Positions 20,091 to 40,700 of a DNA stretch of 64,000 nt are shown here, piece after piece (within the stretch, counting starts at the first letter, position 1; every line of letters begins with the position of its first letter). The notes below the pieces were generated by a model that was not told the DNA's origin, ran no database searches, and saw nothing but the letters and a program-made list of their open reading frames with translations. The position numbers were made by a program, and so were the translations under genes. Source of the DNA: the human T2T-CHM13v2.0 reference genome, Homo sapiens; NCBI RefSeq assembly GCF_009914755.1, contig NC_060938.1. The stretch is one strand, 5' to 3'.

Positions 20091-20626
20091 ATGCATGGTC
20101 ATTGCACTACTCATTCTAAGGAGCAGCTCTTGCTCTGATACAGTGTTTAAACTGCTCCAGAAGGTTCTGTGTTTCTTTGTGTGTTTGTTTGCTTGCTTTG
20201 TTTTCATTAAATGGAATGATTCCAAGCATATTTTTCTATGCCTGCCTGCCAAAAAAAATTTTATTGAGATATGACCCATATACTGTCAAGGATATAAATC
20301 TTAAGTATACAACTTGATGAATTTTTACATTTTTGTTTGCACTCTTCTTCACATATATCGTAGCCACATAACCACACAGATAGAAACATAAGAACACTCA
20401 AAGGAGTCCTTTTTTCCCTTCCCAGGCAATAGTCTCCTGAAGATGTTTGAAGCCTGCCTTTAAATCTGTCTTCTGTCTGAATGGATGTCACTAAGTCACC
20501 AAGTATTTGGCAATTTGCTCATAAATATTCTCGGCATTATGGGGGCAAAAACAAGCATGGCTGTGGTTGAGATTTTCTATTGCACAGTTTAGTTATAAAC
20601 TATCGCACAGTTATAGCAATTTTCAG

Positions 20627-20902
20627 TTGCTATGGCAGACCGCATCCCTGAAAAGGAAGTTCCGTGTGCCCTGTTGGCTCATGTATATCAGGGGACAATG
20701 AGGGCTGTCAAGCAGCAAGCAGCCTGTAAGCAGCAGGCCCCGGCTAGGTCAGCTCATCAAACCTCCATGGATGCTTTGGGAAAGGAGACAAGCCCAAGTG
20801 GATTTAGACCGCTCATTACAACATAGCAGGCAGCGTGAGCTTCGGGTTTGCAAAGGTTCCCCTTGCCCCACAATTCCCAGGAGGTCATGCACAGCAGGCA
20901 AG
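20627..20902 (+). pseudogene. Fossil exon N
   Basis: aattttcag| 276 nt |gtgaat; 3' half reads NLHGCFGKGDKPKWI*TAHYNIAGSVSFGFAKVPLAPQFPGGHAQQA(R), in phase with O; probable internal frameshift. Confidence 0.6.
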
Positions 20903-21069
20903 GTGAATGCAGCATACCCCACGGGTCTGTGTCACAACTGCTCAGGAAATCCCCAGTCTTACAAGGGGTTGCAAGCAAATGCGCTCATCTTTTCTCCTAC
21001 TGGGAGATATTACCCTTATTTTTTTAATTGAGGTGAAATGTGCATACATAAATTAACCACGTCAAAATA

Positions 21070-21897
<828 letters not shown>

Positions 21898-22965
21898 TAT
21901 ACAATGAAGTGGTACTTAGTACATTCACAGTGTTGTGCACCCATTACCTCTATCTAGTTCCAAAGCATTTTTATTGCCCCCAGTGAAAACCTCATACCAC
22001 TTGAATGGTTACTCCTCATTTACTCTTCCCTTCCGCCCCTGGCAACTACCAACTTGTTTTCTGTCTGTATAGATTTATCTATCCTAGACAGTTCTCATTA
22101 AATGGAATCCTTCAGTATGTGACCTTTGTGTCTGGCTCTGTTTCTTACCCACACAACAGGTGAGTTCGATTGCTTGGCCAGTGACAGCTCAATGACTACA
22201 ACCAAGGAGGACTTAACAAAGAGATTTTATTACTTGCAGCAAGTAAGAAGAACATTGGGATAGTTCCCAAAGCAGTGCCTCCCCAAATAATAGTGAAAAC
22301 AGGGCTTTTATTGGGCTGGTAGCTGAGTCATTGTACGTAAAGGTAGAGTAAATGCAGTGAAGGCACCGTCACCCATCATGCTTCTACATATGTGTATAGG
22401 AAATGGTGAATAAGCAAGCTCTTCCCTGGGAGGAGAGTTTAGTATGGTAATGAGGGGAGTTGGGCAAAGTTCATCTCCAACCCAGGCATCTCTGGATCCA
22501 ACCCACGTTTGTTTTCTAGGGCTGAGTTTCTTCCTGGAACTTTTTAGAAACATCAAGAACTTAAGATGCAACAGTTACAAGTATGTTCTTTTTCACAGTG
22601 CATACCCAAAATTCCAGGATTCTGGGTTACACTTTCACTTAGCTTAATGTTTTCAAGGTTTATCCACATTGTAGCATGATTCAGTGCTTTATAGTTTATG
22701 GACATGTGAGTTTCCACCTTTTGGCTTTTATGAATAGTGCTGCTATGGACATTCGTGTACATGTATTTGTTTGAGTACTTGTTTTCAATATTTTTGAATA
22801 TTTAAGAGTAGAATTGCTGGGTTATATGATAATCCTGTTTAACTTTTTGAGGAACTGCCATACCATTTTCCACAACAACTGCAACATCTTACATCCCCAC
22901 GGGAATGCACAAGAGTTCCAGTTTCCCTGCATCCTGGCCAACACTTGTTATTTTCATTTTTAAAA
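21898..22965 (-). mobile_element. L1M (MB-like) 3' region interrupted by an ERV-type LTR (~22143-22631)
   Basis: Antisense L1M motifs resume either side of an LTR-like block ending ggttaca. Confidence 0.75.
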
Positions 22966-23715
22966 ATAACCAAAATCAGACCTGAACTGGAGGAAAGTAG
23001 AGGCATGAAAAACCATTCAAAAGATCAACAAATCCAGGAGTTGGTTTTTTGAAAAAATTACTAAGATAGATAGTCCACTAGCTAGACTAATAAAGAAGAA
23101 AAGAGAGAAGATCCAAATAAACACAACTAGAAATGGCAAAGAGGATGTTACCACTGACCCCACAGAAATAAAAATAACAATCAGAAACTGCTTTGAACAC
23201 CTGTATGCACACAAACTAGGAAACCTAAAGAAGATGGATACTTTCCTGGACACATACATCCTCCTAAGACTGAACCAGGAAGAAACTCATTCCCTGTACA
23301 GACCAATAACAAGCTCCAAAATTGAATCAGTAATAAATAGCCTACCAACCAAAAAAAAGCACAGGACCAGATGGATTCACAGCTGAATTCTACCAGATGT
23401 ACAAAGAAGAGCTGGTAACATTCCTACTGAAACTATTCCAAAATATTGAGGAGGAAGGACTCCTCCCCAATTCATTCTATGAGGCCGGGGTCATTCTGAT
23501 ACCAAAACCTGGCAGAGATGCAACAAAAAAAGAAAACTTCAGGTTAATATCCTTGATTAACATTGATGCAAAAATCCTCAATAAAATACCTGTAAACTGA
23601 ATCCAGCAGCACATCAAAAACTAATCCACCACGATCAAGTAGGCTTTATTTCTGGGATGCAAGGTTGGTTCAACATATGCAAATCAATAAATAATCATCA
23701 CATAAACAGAACTAG
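22966..23715 (+). mobile_element. L1PA ORF2 fragment
   Basis: ORF 23397-23600 [40 protein letters not shown]...[17 protein letters not shown] is the L1 ORF2 RT N-terminal region. Confidence 0.95.
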
Positions 23716-23784
23716 TTACTAGAAAAATGCAAATTAAAACCACAGAGATATACCAGTGCATACCCACTAGGATGGCTGTCATTT

Positions 23785-24465
<681 letters not shown>

Positions 24466-24545
24466 GTGATGTGTGTGTGTCTGTGCACTATTCCAGTGAG
24501 GATGACCAAGTCTCCCCACAAGAGTTTACTTTGAGTTTTATCTAC

Positions 24546-25160
24546 TGTGTTAGTCCATTCTTACACTGCTATAAAGAACTGCCCGAGATTGGGTAACTTA
24601 TAAAGAAAAGAGGTTTAATTGGCTCACAGTTCTAAGTGGCTGGGGAGGCCTCAGGAAACTTACAATCATGGTGGAAGGGGAAGCAAACACGTCCTTCTTC
24701 ACATGGTGGCAGGACAGAGAAGTGAGTGCCAGCAGGGAAAATGTCAGACGCTTATAAAACCATCAGATCTTGTGAGAACTCACTCACTATCATGTGAACG
24801 GCATGGGGGCAACTGCCCCGCATGATTCATTTACCTCCCACTGGGTCCCTCCCACGATCTATGGGATTATGGGATTAAAATTTACGATGAGATTTGGGTG
24901 GGGACACAAAGCCAAATCACATCATTCTGCCCCCGGCCCCTCCCAAATCTCATGTCCTCACATTTCAAAACACAATCATGCCCTTTCAACAGGCCCTCAA
25001 AGTCTTAACTCATTCCAGCATTAGCCCAAAAGTCCAAGTCCAAAGTTTCATCCGAGACAAGGCAAGTCCCTTCCGCCTATGAGCCCATGAAATCAAAAGC
25101 AAGTTAGTTACTTCCTAGATACAAGGGGGGTACAGAATTGGATAAATACACCCATTGCAG
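24546..25160. mobile_element. MSTA/THE1-type MaLR LTR plus truncated internal sequence
   Basis: tgtgttagtccattc...ggggacacaaagccaaatcacatca then ttctgcccccggcccctcccaaatctcatgtc. Confidence 0.9.
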
Positions 25161-25559
25161 TCTGTAGCTTGGGAGGTTATTGCAGTTGTTGAGGGAGAGA
25201 TGGTGGTAGCATTGGCCATAGGAGAAATGGACTGACTGGAGGATGATTTGGAGTCCATTGTCACTAGGACTTGAAGGACTGAACATGACAATGAGGGTGA
25301 GGGAGGCAACCAGCTAACGTCTAGGTTTCTGGCTCACTACTGAGGTAGGAACTGCTATGGAGAGCATGCTGCAAAGAATAAGAATAATATTTGTGCCTTA
25401 TCAGAATTGCCCGTTTATGTAAATATTGACTTTCATCGACAGGTTTCTGTTAAATTAATTAAGAAGAATGTTTTGTAACAGGGATAGAAGAGAAGTTGCT
25501 GAAGCAGCACTTGGCAGCCTCTGTCCTTTGCCTCCCTGTAAGCACCGTGGCTTCCTTAG

Positions 25560-25693
25560 GATGTGTTTTACACCCACATCAGGAAAACCTTCTGGGGAGG
25601 GATGTTGTTACGCCGTGGCAATGTCATTAGCTAAATGGTGTTTGATCATTCCCAAGCATTGTAATGGGATAGCTGAATCCTTAAGCAAAATAG
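25560..25693 (+). pseudogene. Fossil exon O
   Basis: ggcttccttag| 134 nt |gtctcc; MCFTPTSGKPSGEGCCYAVAMSLAKWCLIIPKHCNGIAESLSKI, open. Confidence 0.65.
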
Positions 25694-25848
25694 GTCTCCT
25701 GGGTCCTGTTTCTGTTCTTTATTGTTGGCTGTTTTATATTAACTCTATTTTCTCCCATGATAAATGTAGTATATGCTCATTATAGAAAAAAGTCAGGAGC
25801 CCAGAGCAGCAAAGGTCAGGAGGGAAATCACTCATCGCCCACTGTTAA

Positions 25849-26765
<917 letters not shown>

Positions 26766-26854
26766 TTCACCCATAATTTGACATTGCTTTGCAAAAGGGT
26801 TGTACTCACTTACTGTTTAAGGATGGAGTGTGAAATTGTTGAGTTTTGTTTGCG

Positions 26855-26982
26855 ACACGATATTCACAAACTGGCCCGAGGCACTCAATGAACATGAAAA
26901 AAAAGGGAGAAACTAACTTGGAGGAGACCAAAGGTATTATAAAACTAATTTTTAAAATATAGCTGAGCTGATAGAAGAAAAG
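26855..26982 (+). pseudogene. Fossil exon P
   Basis: Acceptor tttgtttgcg (inferred loss of A from gcag); (D)TIFTNWPEALNEHEKKGRN*LGGDQRYYKTNF*NIAELIEEK|gtttgc. Confidence 0.65.
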
Positions 26983-27375
26983 GTTTGCATGGTTTGCTCT
27001 GTGACATTGTTCATTCATTCAATACGCACCTAATAAGCCTTCATATCCAAATCAAAATCAGGCAGGCTGTGGAAAGATCTGGGTAGATTTCCCAGCACGG
27101 TTCCGTCACACACTATCTCAGCACTCTCATGGAGTGGCATTTTTCAGATGAAGACTCCGAAGCTTGTTAACTTAGCCGAGATCACATGGCCAGTTAGTGG
27201 CAGAGCTGGGACATAAGCCCAGGGTCACAGCTGCTTTAATTGTATTTATTGAACTATAGCTATATTCAAACAGCCTGATAAGCATCAGGGAAATGAAGGT
27301 GAGAAAGCAAGTCCCACCCCCAGGAACTTGCACTCACTGAGGAAGCTCAAAGGCACCTGGTACTTCCTTCAAATC

Positions 27376-27760
27376 TGTATCAGTTGGCTAGGGCAGCCAT
27401 AACCAAGCCACTGGGTGGCTTAAACAGCAGAAGTTTGTTTTCCTACAGTTCTGAAGGCTGGAAGTTTGAGATCAAGGTATCAGCAGGATTGGTCTCATCT
27501 GAGACCTCTCTCCTTGGCTTGCAGGTGACTGCCTTCTGCCTGTGTCTCCATGTGGTCTTCCCTCCGTGTGTGTCTGGGTCCTGATCTCCTTTTCTTATAA
27601 GGACACCAGCCAGATTGGATTAGGGCCCACACTAAGGATCTTGTTTTCATTTAAGTACCTCCTTAAAGACCCTGTCTCCAAATACAGTCACATTCTGAGG
27701 TACTGTCAGGTTAGGACTTTGACACAGAAATTTGGGGTGGACACAATTTAGTCCATAACA
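27376..27760. mobile_element. MLT1 (B/C-like) MaLR LTR
   Basis: tgtatcagtt...ctgggtggcttaaacagcagaag...gacacaatttagtccataaca. Confidence 0.85.
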
Positions 27761-28288
27761 GAAGGCAATAGAATGAGAAAAGTTGCCAGTCCTCGTTTGT
27801 GAGATATGGCTATTAGTAGTAGTAGTAGTATTTTTGAGACAGAGTCTCATTCTGTTGCTCAGACTGGAGTGCAGTGGCATGATCATGGCTCACTGCAGCC
27901 TCAAACTCCTGAGCTCAAATGTTCCTCCTGACTCAGCCTCCCATGTAGCTGGGACGATAGCCATGCACCACCACACCTGGCTAATTAAAAGAAAAATTTC
28001 TGTAGAGATGCGGTCTCACTGTGTTGCCCAGGCTGAGACAGGGCTAATTCTAAGCCAGTGACTCAACCCCAGCTTCCCTTTCAAATCACCTGGGCGGTTT
28101 TTAACAGATAGCAATGCCTCCAGAGATTCTGACTTAATTGGTCTCTGAGGGGCCTTGGCATAGATATTTTGTAAAAGCTCCTTGCTGATTCTAATATGTA
28201 CCCAGGACCAAGAACCTTGTTTCACTGAAATGCCAAAGAGAAATCTGAGCTGCTTTCATTATCCTACACTGTCATGCTTTCTGCCCAG

Positions 28289-28366
28289 CAAACAATTAGT
28301 TTTTCATGGATAGGATACTTTCTAATCAGCAAAATATCAGCACCGCAGCAGAACTGTGCGTCTCCG
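28289..28366 (+). pseudogene. Fossil exon Q
   Basis: gctttctgcccag| 78 nt |gttaat; QTISFSWIGYFLISKISAPQQNCASP, open, phase 0. Confidence 0.65.
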
Positions 28367-28449
28367 GTTAATGTGCACTCAGCTCGCAGTGTTCTTTAGC
28401 TCTTTCATTCATTAAAGTCATTAGTCTTTTGTTGAATGCCTGTGATATG

Positions 28450-29017
28450 TAGACACTGTGCTGATGGAATAGGCCAAATAATGGCCCCTGCCCCAAGACA
28501 GGTTCCATTCCCTGGAACCTGTGAATAGGGAGATTATCCTGCATTCTCCAGGTACACTCAACTTAATCACATGAGGTCTTAAAAGCAGAGAATCTTTCCT
28601 AGCAGAGGTCGGAGAAATATAATAAAGGCAGAAGAGATTCAAAGCATGAAATGGATCACACCCACCATTGCTGCCTTTTAGATAGAGAAAGAGGATCCCC
28701 AGCTAGGGAATGTGGGCAGCCTCAATAAGCCAGGAACTGGAGCTGGCAACAGCCTTCAGCTGATAGCCCACAAGGAAACGGGGACCTCGGTCCTGCAACC
28801 ACAAGGAATTGAATTCTGTGGGCAACCTGAATGAGCAAGGAAGTTATTCTCGCCTAAGATCTCTGGGAAGAAGCAGCCCTGCGGACAGCTTGGTTTTAGC
28901 TTGCTGAGACCCAGGTCAGACTTCTGACCTGTAGGAGTGTGAGATTATAAGTGTATGTTGTTTTAAGCCACTAAAGTTGTGGTCATTTGTTGCAGCAGCA
29001 ATAGAAAATGAATACAG
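28450..29017. mobile_element. MLT1 (D/E-like) MaLR LTR
   Basis: ttgttttaagccactaaagttgtggtcatttgttgcagcagcaatagaaaatgaataca terminus. Confidence 0.85.
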
Positions 29018-29319
29018 CTAAACTCTGAAAAATACAATAAGAAGACAATCTCTCTGTTGTCATGGAGCTTAGCAACTCAAATTTGCAAAATTTGTAAAAG
29101 TAGAAACAAGTGAAGTTTGTAGTAACTCAAGTGTTAGGCTGAAGAAGTTATTGAATGGAGGGTCCCTGGGTGTTAGGTGCTATGTGAGACCCAAGCTCCA
29201 CGCTTTTTGATGGAAGTTCCAGCTAAAAGGAGAATGAAGAATTTTTTACTGTAGATGGAAGGAAAAGGGACGTTTTTGTAATAAAAATATAGAAAGAAAT
29301 GATCATTTAGGAAGGATAG

Positions 29320-29708
<389 letters not shown>

Positions 29709-29775
29709 GATCTACTTAATTTTAATATGAAAGCTCATGGTAAAATCATATGTACCAAATAAGGAAGTGCGTAAA

Positions 29776-29780
29776 CACAC

Positions 29781-29819
<39 letters not shown>

Positions 29820-29825
29820 CACACA
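29776..29825. repeat. (CA)n microsatellite
   Basis: Interrupted CA run. Confidence 0.95.
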
Positions 29826-31440
<1,615 letters not shown>

Positions 31441-31525
31441 GTGTATGCACCTTAAAATGTTTTCTCCATGCCTGGCACCCTATATGTTTTGTAGCGTGAA
31501 AACAGCCTTTCTGTATTTTCTGCAG

Positions 31526-31614
31526 GGAATGAAACCTGTGTGTATGGATCTGAGCCGGCCCCCAGAGCAGTCCTGTTTTGGGGACAGGACATTTGTTCTT
31601 TGGGTAATTTAAAG
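31526..31614 (+). pseudogene. Fossil exon R
   Basis: ttctgtattttctgcag| 89 nt |gtaaaa; GMKPVCMDLSRPPEQSCFGDRTFVLW... Confidence 0.7.
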
Positions 31615-31711
31615 GTAAAAGTGCTCACCATACTTTTTTTTTTTTTTTTTGTACATTGGTTTCTCTGCCTCACATACAATTCATTCATCATAGTATATTA
31701 AAGGTATTTAT

Positions 31712-32018
31712 GGCCAGACGTGATGGCTCATGCCTGTAATACCCACACTTTGGGAGGCTGAGGCAGGAGGATTGCTTGAATCCAGGAGTTTGAGACCAGC
31801 CTGGGCAACATCTCAAGACCCCCAACTCTAAAAAAAAAAAAAGAAAAAATGAGTGAGGGGCAGTAATGTGCTCCTGTAGTCCCAACTACTCATAAGGCTG
31901 AGGCGGGAGGATCCCTTGAGTCCAGGAGTTCGAGGCTGCAGTGAGCCATGATTGCACCACTGCAGTCCAGCCTGGTAGACAAAGCAAGATGCTATCTAAA
32001 AAAAAAAAAAAAAAAAAA
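31712..32018 (+). mobile_element. Alu (J-type)
   Basis: Alu consensus with long A tail. Confidence 0.9.
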
Positions 32019-32057
32019 AGGCTATTTAATGTTTCAAGAGTATGTTTCATCTAACAG

Positions 32058-32450
32058 AGTACATTCTGTGACCATTCTGAGTGTACTTTTGGGAAATAAG
32101 GAAGAATATATATTGTAGAAAACAGATGGAGCTTTGGTAGTTGCCCAGGTTGAAGGCAAACCTGGCTTGACCCCAGACCTATGGGAATCCAATTCTTGTC
32201 CCCTGTGTTAAATAAGACCATTTAGAATAGCTTTCCACAATAGGATTGGAGGCAATTTTAAATCAGTCTGCCCATGGAAATAAAAAATATGGACCCTCTG
32301 GCCTATGGAGGAAGAACAGGAATTGTGTATCTCGTCTTTAACACTGGATCAATGGTGCAAACATTTAAGTACTTTGTGTAGCAGTTATGTACTCCATCTT
32401 CAGTTGAAATGTATTCTTTCATTCTGGGAAAGATTTACAATTTTCTAAGC
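32058..32450 (+). pseudogene. Fossil exon S (probably terminal; 3' end uncertain)
   Basis: tgtttcatctaacag|; VHSVTILSVLLGNKEEYIL*KTDGALVVAQVEGKPGLTPDLWESNSCPLC*IRPFRIAFHNRIGGNFKSVCPWK*KIWTLWPMEEE. Confidence 0.65.
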
Positions 32451-34335
32451 GGCAATTTACTTCCAGTCCCAGGGAGGATTCACTTGGTGTTTAAAACAAA
32501 CAAACAAACAAACAAAACAAAATTTTTAAGTAGTAAAAACACCTGTATGTATTTAGGCATTTTTCAGGGGCCTCTTTATCCTTTTACCCCTTGGCCAGCC
32601 GCTCCCTTTCATTCCTGTCCTCACTTCCCTTCAGCTCATTCACTGCACTGACTTCTCACTGTGTGGCACGTGTGGGCTCTCAAGTGATGGGTGAATGCAT
32701 ATCCCAAACAAGCATAGCGGCAGAAATAAAGGGCCAGCCCTCAGCACCTTACCATCCTGGAGACAGAGGTACAGACGGAGGTAAAATAAGGAATCCTCTG
32801 TGCGTTTCAGCCTCCTTCATGGCTCACCTGTTCCTCTGAGGCCACAAACCCTTCCAAGCTGGCTCCACTCGAGAATTTTCTCAAACATCCTATCTCTCAC
32901 CGAATACTTTTCCTGAGCATCATTCTCCGAATTGAGCAAGAGATAGTGTGATACTTGGCAGAATTCATCCCCATTCCCCTTTTTTAAAAATCTGATATTT
33001 GATACATACAGAAGAATACGTGTAACATAAATGTAAGGCATGCATCCTGCTAATAAAATGGACACCTTGAGCCGTCCCCACCGCCAACCTGAGGACGGAG
33101 GCATTATCAGTACTATCCTATCCTGCGTCTTCCTCCCCGCCCCCTAAGAGGGACCACTACCCTGAACTGGGTAATTATCATTCTTTTGTTTTTTCAAAAT
33201 TTATACTTTTATCACATAAGTAGGTAACTCTAAGCAATGTATTGCTTCACTTTTGACTTTGAGATTACAAAAGAAGCAGCATGCCACATGTGGTCAACTG
33301 CAACCTTCTTTTTAGTCTCAATCTTAGGTTTCCAAGATTCATCTACATTGTGTCTAAACTAGAACCTATTTATTTTTGCTTCTATATAATATGCTATCAT
33401 ATGAATATTCCACAGTTTACTTATTCCTTCTCCTGGTTTGGGGGCACTGGGGCTTTTTTCCAGGTTTTTGCCATTGTGATCAATGGCATAGTGAACACTC
33501 TTGGCAGATGTCTCCTAGAGGCACATGTGTGAGCATTCCCTGGTGCAATTGTTCACAAGTGTGAGGTGGCATCAGAATTGCTCGGGAAGAACACATATGG
33601 CTGCGCCCCATCCCCAGAACTTCTGATTCACTGGGTCTAGGGTGGAGCCAGAGATGTTGCATTTTTCATAAGCTTCCAGGTGAGGCTGAAGCTGCTGCTC
33701 CAGACTCCACTTTGGGAACCACGGTCTAAGGTCTAGGAGTGGGATGGCTGTGCTGTAGGGTGTGTGTGCCTGCTTCACATTATAAAATAATGCCCAATCG
33801 TTTTACTATGTTGCTGTGACACTTTATTTTCCTATGACAGTATGAAAAGTTCCACTGAACCACATTTTCACCAGCTCTTAGTATTATTCATCCCCCTTCT
33901 CTGCATTCAGTGTGACTGAAACTTAGACACTGAGACTGGTGTGTTTGCTGTTTTATTGAAAGAACATAGGGGACTTTATGTCATTTGGGTGTGTTTTTCC
34001 TTGGGCTTAACAAGCAGAAGAATGGGCTCTAACAGGTTTTCCAAGGAAAGTAAACAGTGAACAATTCAAATAACTTTAACAGATTGTCTTTAGCAGAGTC
34101 AGGGAGAGCCCGATGGTGTAGTCATTTAGGTCCATTTTAAGTAGCCATTACAAAAGCGGAGATGGTTCCTAACATGTTAGCCGAGACCATCAACGGACAT
34201 GTTTTGTCTGTTCTTTCAATGGAATATAATGTTGTTTAATCAAAAGGCACTTCATTTTGAAAAGACTCAGAGGAGATGTGACTGAAATTGCTTGTGACAG
34301 ATAAGATGATCATGGATTAATTTATCACATGCTAG

Positions 34336-35020
<685 letters not shown>

Positions 35021-35361
35021 TATATAGGAATGCAGATTTCTTTGTGCAGTAAATGGTACAATTACTTGGCTCATGAGGTAGCAAAGTCGAGTATGGTGGG
35101 AACCGTATCAGCTTTCGTCAGCGAGACCCAAGTTTGATTCCAGCTCCTCTAGAGAAGCCCGAGTGTGAGAGAGGGCACAAGGTGCTTGGTCTCTCCTTAG
35201 CTTCAGCTTCCTCATCTATGAATTTGGATCACTCCTGTGTGCCTCGCAGGGCTGCTGAGTTTCCATGAGAACTTATGGAAAGCACCTGGCACATAGTAAG
35301 GCACTCAGTAAGTGTCATGTCTCCTCTTTTTCCATTCAAACACATTTTATAAGAACAGTAA

Positions 35362-36975
<1,614 letters not shown>

Positions 36976-37429
36976 AAAAAGAATAGTAACTATCGCCATT
37001 TGTACCTCAGTTCACTGTTTACAAAGCCCTGTCCCATATCTAATTCTCATAACACCCTGAGAGACACTATTTCCATGATCCTCATTTCCTGCCACTTCAC
37101 CTTTCCTGCCTTGCCTCACTGGTATTTGTACTGATACTCTGCCTTTCCCACTGTACACCATTTTCACGTTGGAACAGCTGTGTGCATGAGTCACGGCTTC
37201 ATAGCTTATCTAACGTTTGGACGACAGGATCATTGTAGACAGGAGACATTTGACCTGTCCTCTTCCTTGGCTCCGCAAAGAGATGTCAGCAGGAAGAGAT
37301 CTCACATTAATGAGAACTTACTATGGGCCAGATGTTTGACAAGCTTGATCTCATTTAAACTTCACCAAACAAATCTACCTCTGAGGTAGATTCAATTACT
37401 AGTCTCATTTTGTACGTGACAAATCAGGC

Positions 37430-37755
37430 ACAGACCTCAAAAACATTATGCTGAGTGAAAGAAACCAGTTGCAAAAGACCATATACTGTGTGATCCCATC
37501 TATATGAAATGTCCACAACGGATAAATCTCTAGAGACAGAAGGTAGATTAGTGGTTGCCTATGGGATGGGAGTTTAAGAGGAAACGGGGAGTGACTGCTG
37601 GTGAGTATGAGGTTTCTTTTAGGGGTGATGCAAACGTTCACGGTGGAGACTGTAGAGATGGTTGCACAACTCTGAATATCTGAAAAGACATTGAATTGTG
37701 CACTTTAAATACATAAACTGTACAGTGTGTGAATTATATCTCAATAAAGCTGGGT
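37430..37755 (+). mobile_element. L1M 3'-end fragment
   Basis: aaacattatgctgagtgaaagaaacc...gaattatatctcaataaagc. Confidence 0.85.
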
Positions 37756-40700
37756 TTTCAAATCTTATTTAGAACAAAAACAAAACAGGCAAAAAAAAAA
37801 AAAAACAGTTAAGAAATTGCCCAATGTTACAGAGCTAGCAAGTAACAGAGCTGGGATTTGAACCAGGCAAGTTGAGTTCAGAGCCCACACTTCTGGCTTT
37901 CACTCTTCCCTTTGTCTGCCTGAGAAACTCTTCCTGCTCCTTTGAGACACAGCTCAACTCTAATCTTCTGTAAGACTTCCCTGCTTTCCAGGCAGCCTCC
38001 ATGATCCCTCTCCTGGGGCCTCGCTATCCAAAAAACAGCTCCTCTAGAGAGCTTTTCACAGTGCACTGTGAGGCAGTCTACCCATTTGCTTTCTCAGTAT
38101 AACTCCATGGGTGCTTCTAGAGAAGAGAAAATGGATTCTTCCCATCCATATTCCCAGGGCCTACCTCGGGTCGGGCACCAATTATGTGTATCAAGTCCCA
38201 ACAATGTGGCTGAAACCCTGGGACATAGGCCAGATACTTCTACCAAGCATCCTTTGGCACTAGAATCAAATAAGACTCCTGCTTGTGGTCCCAGTTACTC
38301 GGGAGGCTGAAATAGGAGGATCTCTTGAGCCCAGGAGTTCGAGGCTACAGTGAGCTGTGCGTGCCTCTGCACTCCAGCCTGAGCAACAGAGTGAGACCCC
38401 ATCTCTATTTTGTGTAGCCTGTGCAGTTGGTAAGATGGGAGACTAGGTCAGAATGTATAGAATTTGGGGAAATGCATTGTTGCCTCTAGAAAAACATCTG
38501 CAAGTTCATGTCCAAGTGGTAGAAATAAACACTATTTCCTTGTACGTAGAGGTAACACTTCTCAACTTTTCTTATTGTTTGACTGTCTTTCTTCCTGTTG
38601 TAGTTTATGGAACATAGCCTTAGAAGATTAGTCAGAACTGAGCTGAAATTGGACATAGGTAGGAATTTTAAGAAAAATTAACTCTCCATAAGAAAGATCC
38701 AATGTTTATGAAATGTTGATGTTTGTAGACACACACACACACAAAGACTGAATGGAAACACGTCAAGGTGTTCACAATAATAGCAGCTCACGTTATTTAA
38801 CTCTTATGTGCTAAGTGCTTTACATTAGTATAGGATAATCGTATGATAGATTACATTATAATCTCATTTAATCCTCATACTATTCTTCATCTCCCACTTT
38901 ACTAACAGAGAAACTGAACTGCAGAGAGACGTGTGTGATCCCTTTTCTGAACGGTGAGATTATGAATGGTGTTTTGCATTTTCTGAATTTCCTACAATGA
39001 AGATATATTATGGTGAATAATAAATATGAAATGTTACTATAATCAAACGTTGTTAGAAACAAACCATAAGAAACAGGAACTACTGAGAAGAAAACACTTT
39101 CCTAGATGATAAGCCTCCCCTGAATTGGGAATTGTGGAGCTCACAGTAGCCTGCTCATCGTAGACATGACTGATTTGAGAGTTTTTACCCCGCTTCCAAG
39201 GTTTACTCAATTCATCTTACTTTCAGAATCATCAATAGATACTTTACATTGCACGTTGTTAAATCGCAGAGAACTGGGCCTAGTGGCCCACTTGGGGAAC
39301 TCACACCTCCACACTGCTGACCCAGGTCTTCTAATAAAAACACACACATCTCTACTGAATCCTGCAATTGGGACTCATTCGAAAAGAAAACAAAGATAAG
39401 GTTGAAGTGGGTTTCATGAAAGAAAACTCTTTATGTGCTTGATGACTTTTTGGCAAAGGAAAGAGGGGAAGTGTGCTGCCGTCAAGCGTCTCCTTGGGCC
39501 GCCTCAGGGTCCAGCCAGCCCGACATGGCATGAGGTCAACATTTGTCTCACTGAGGACCAAGGGAAGGGAGGTGCTGAGGTTCACCGACATCTCAAACTG
39601 TTTCAAGGCTGATAAAGGATGCTGCATAAATGATTTTTCAGATTTCTAAAACATAAAAATGTTGAGGTTCCATTGTTTTCTGTTTGATGGCCACTACCCG
39701 ATGTGGGGTCTCGAGAGGACCTTTTCTGCCTTCCTCGCCATATGGCAGATGATTTTCACAGGCCCGTGGACAGACGTTAGAGAGAAGATGGCCTGTAATG
39801 TCATTGGCAGGATGTGGCTCCCACATCAGGGTTGGGCATGAGAAGTGTCTGGCCTTGTTGGAGAGAGGTTGGAGGGTCTTCGGCTTGCTTTCAAGCTTTA
39901 AGCCATGCTGGTGCCCTCTTCAAGAAAAGGACTCTTTTTTGTTCTGTGTTTAAGTTTTCATTTCTGGTTGAGTGTAGGGATCTGGCATTGTTTGTAGAGT
40001 ATTAAAGAAGTTTCCCAAAGGCTTGACCTATCAGAAGAGTTCACCTTCATGGTGACAGCCAGGATGTTGATAAGCTGCTTTTTTCCCTTCAACAGATGAG
40101 AACATGCATTCAGCTGTCATCACTTCTCGGGCATAAAGAAAACTCACTTCACAGGTGCTGGGAGCACCAGGGCACACCCAGCATCACAACACAATGTCTG
40201 CAAGACACACACACACCTGGCCCGGGCAGCAGTATGGTGGACAAGACCAGGGGATGGCATCCAGAAATAGAGATGTGCCACCAAGAAGGAGATTGGGCTG
40301 GGAGTCATGAAAAGTGGCCAGAATGTGGATGACAGCAGATGGGACAAGCAGAAGGCTGAACGTCAAGGAAGTTCATGCACATTGAGCTCACATTTCATGC
40401 CTCTGGCCTGCTGTTTCTGCATTTCCTGCAGATGAAATGGATGGAGTAGATGGTCCCTGGTCTATTTTACAGGTCTTCCATGTCCATCATGGTCCCTTCT
40501 AAGTGGGGACAGGTAGATGGAAGCAGGTGGCTGCTGACTGAGGTCCGGTGCCTGGGGATGAGGAATCTGGAGACTCTTGGCAAATAAATCCTGAGTCCAA
40601 GTGAGAAGAGAGACTCCTTTAATAAGGACCCCAAGGAAGGCAGAGCAGAAGTCTCTGCCTCAGAGCAGGGACACAAGTGAATTGATTTAAGGAGGAGGGA

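Noticed and set aside
26855-28366. HU/IHF-like (CCDC81-type) reading NLEETKGIIKLIFKNIAELIEEKQTISFSWIGYF
   Set aside because: It needs extra frameshifts, and the alternative frame (NWPEALNE...RYYKTNF) matches the first domain copy.
31526-31614. Tectonic-like reading NETCVYGSEPAPRAVLF
   Set aside because: It is out of phase with exon Q, and the phase-0 frame matches the internal repeat.
38604-38658. Plus-strand exon-like segment with good AG/GT
   Set aside because: It is isolated and overlaps a minus-strand candidate; I cannot resolve it from sequence alone.
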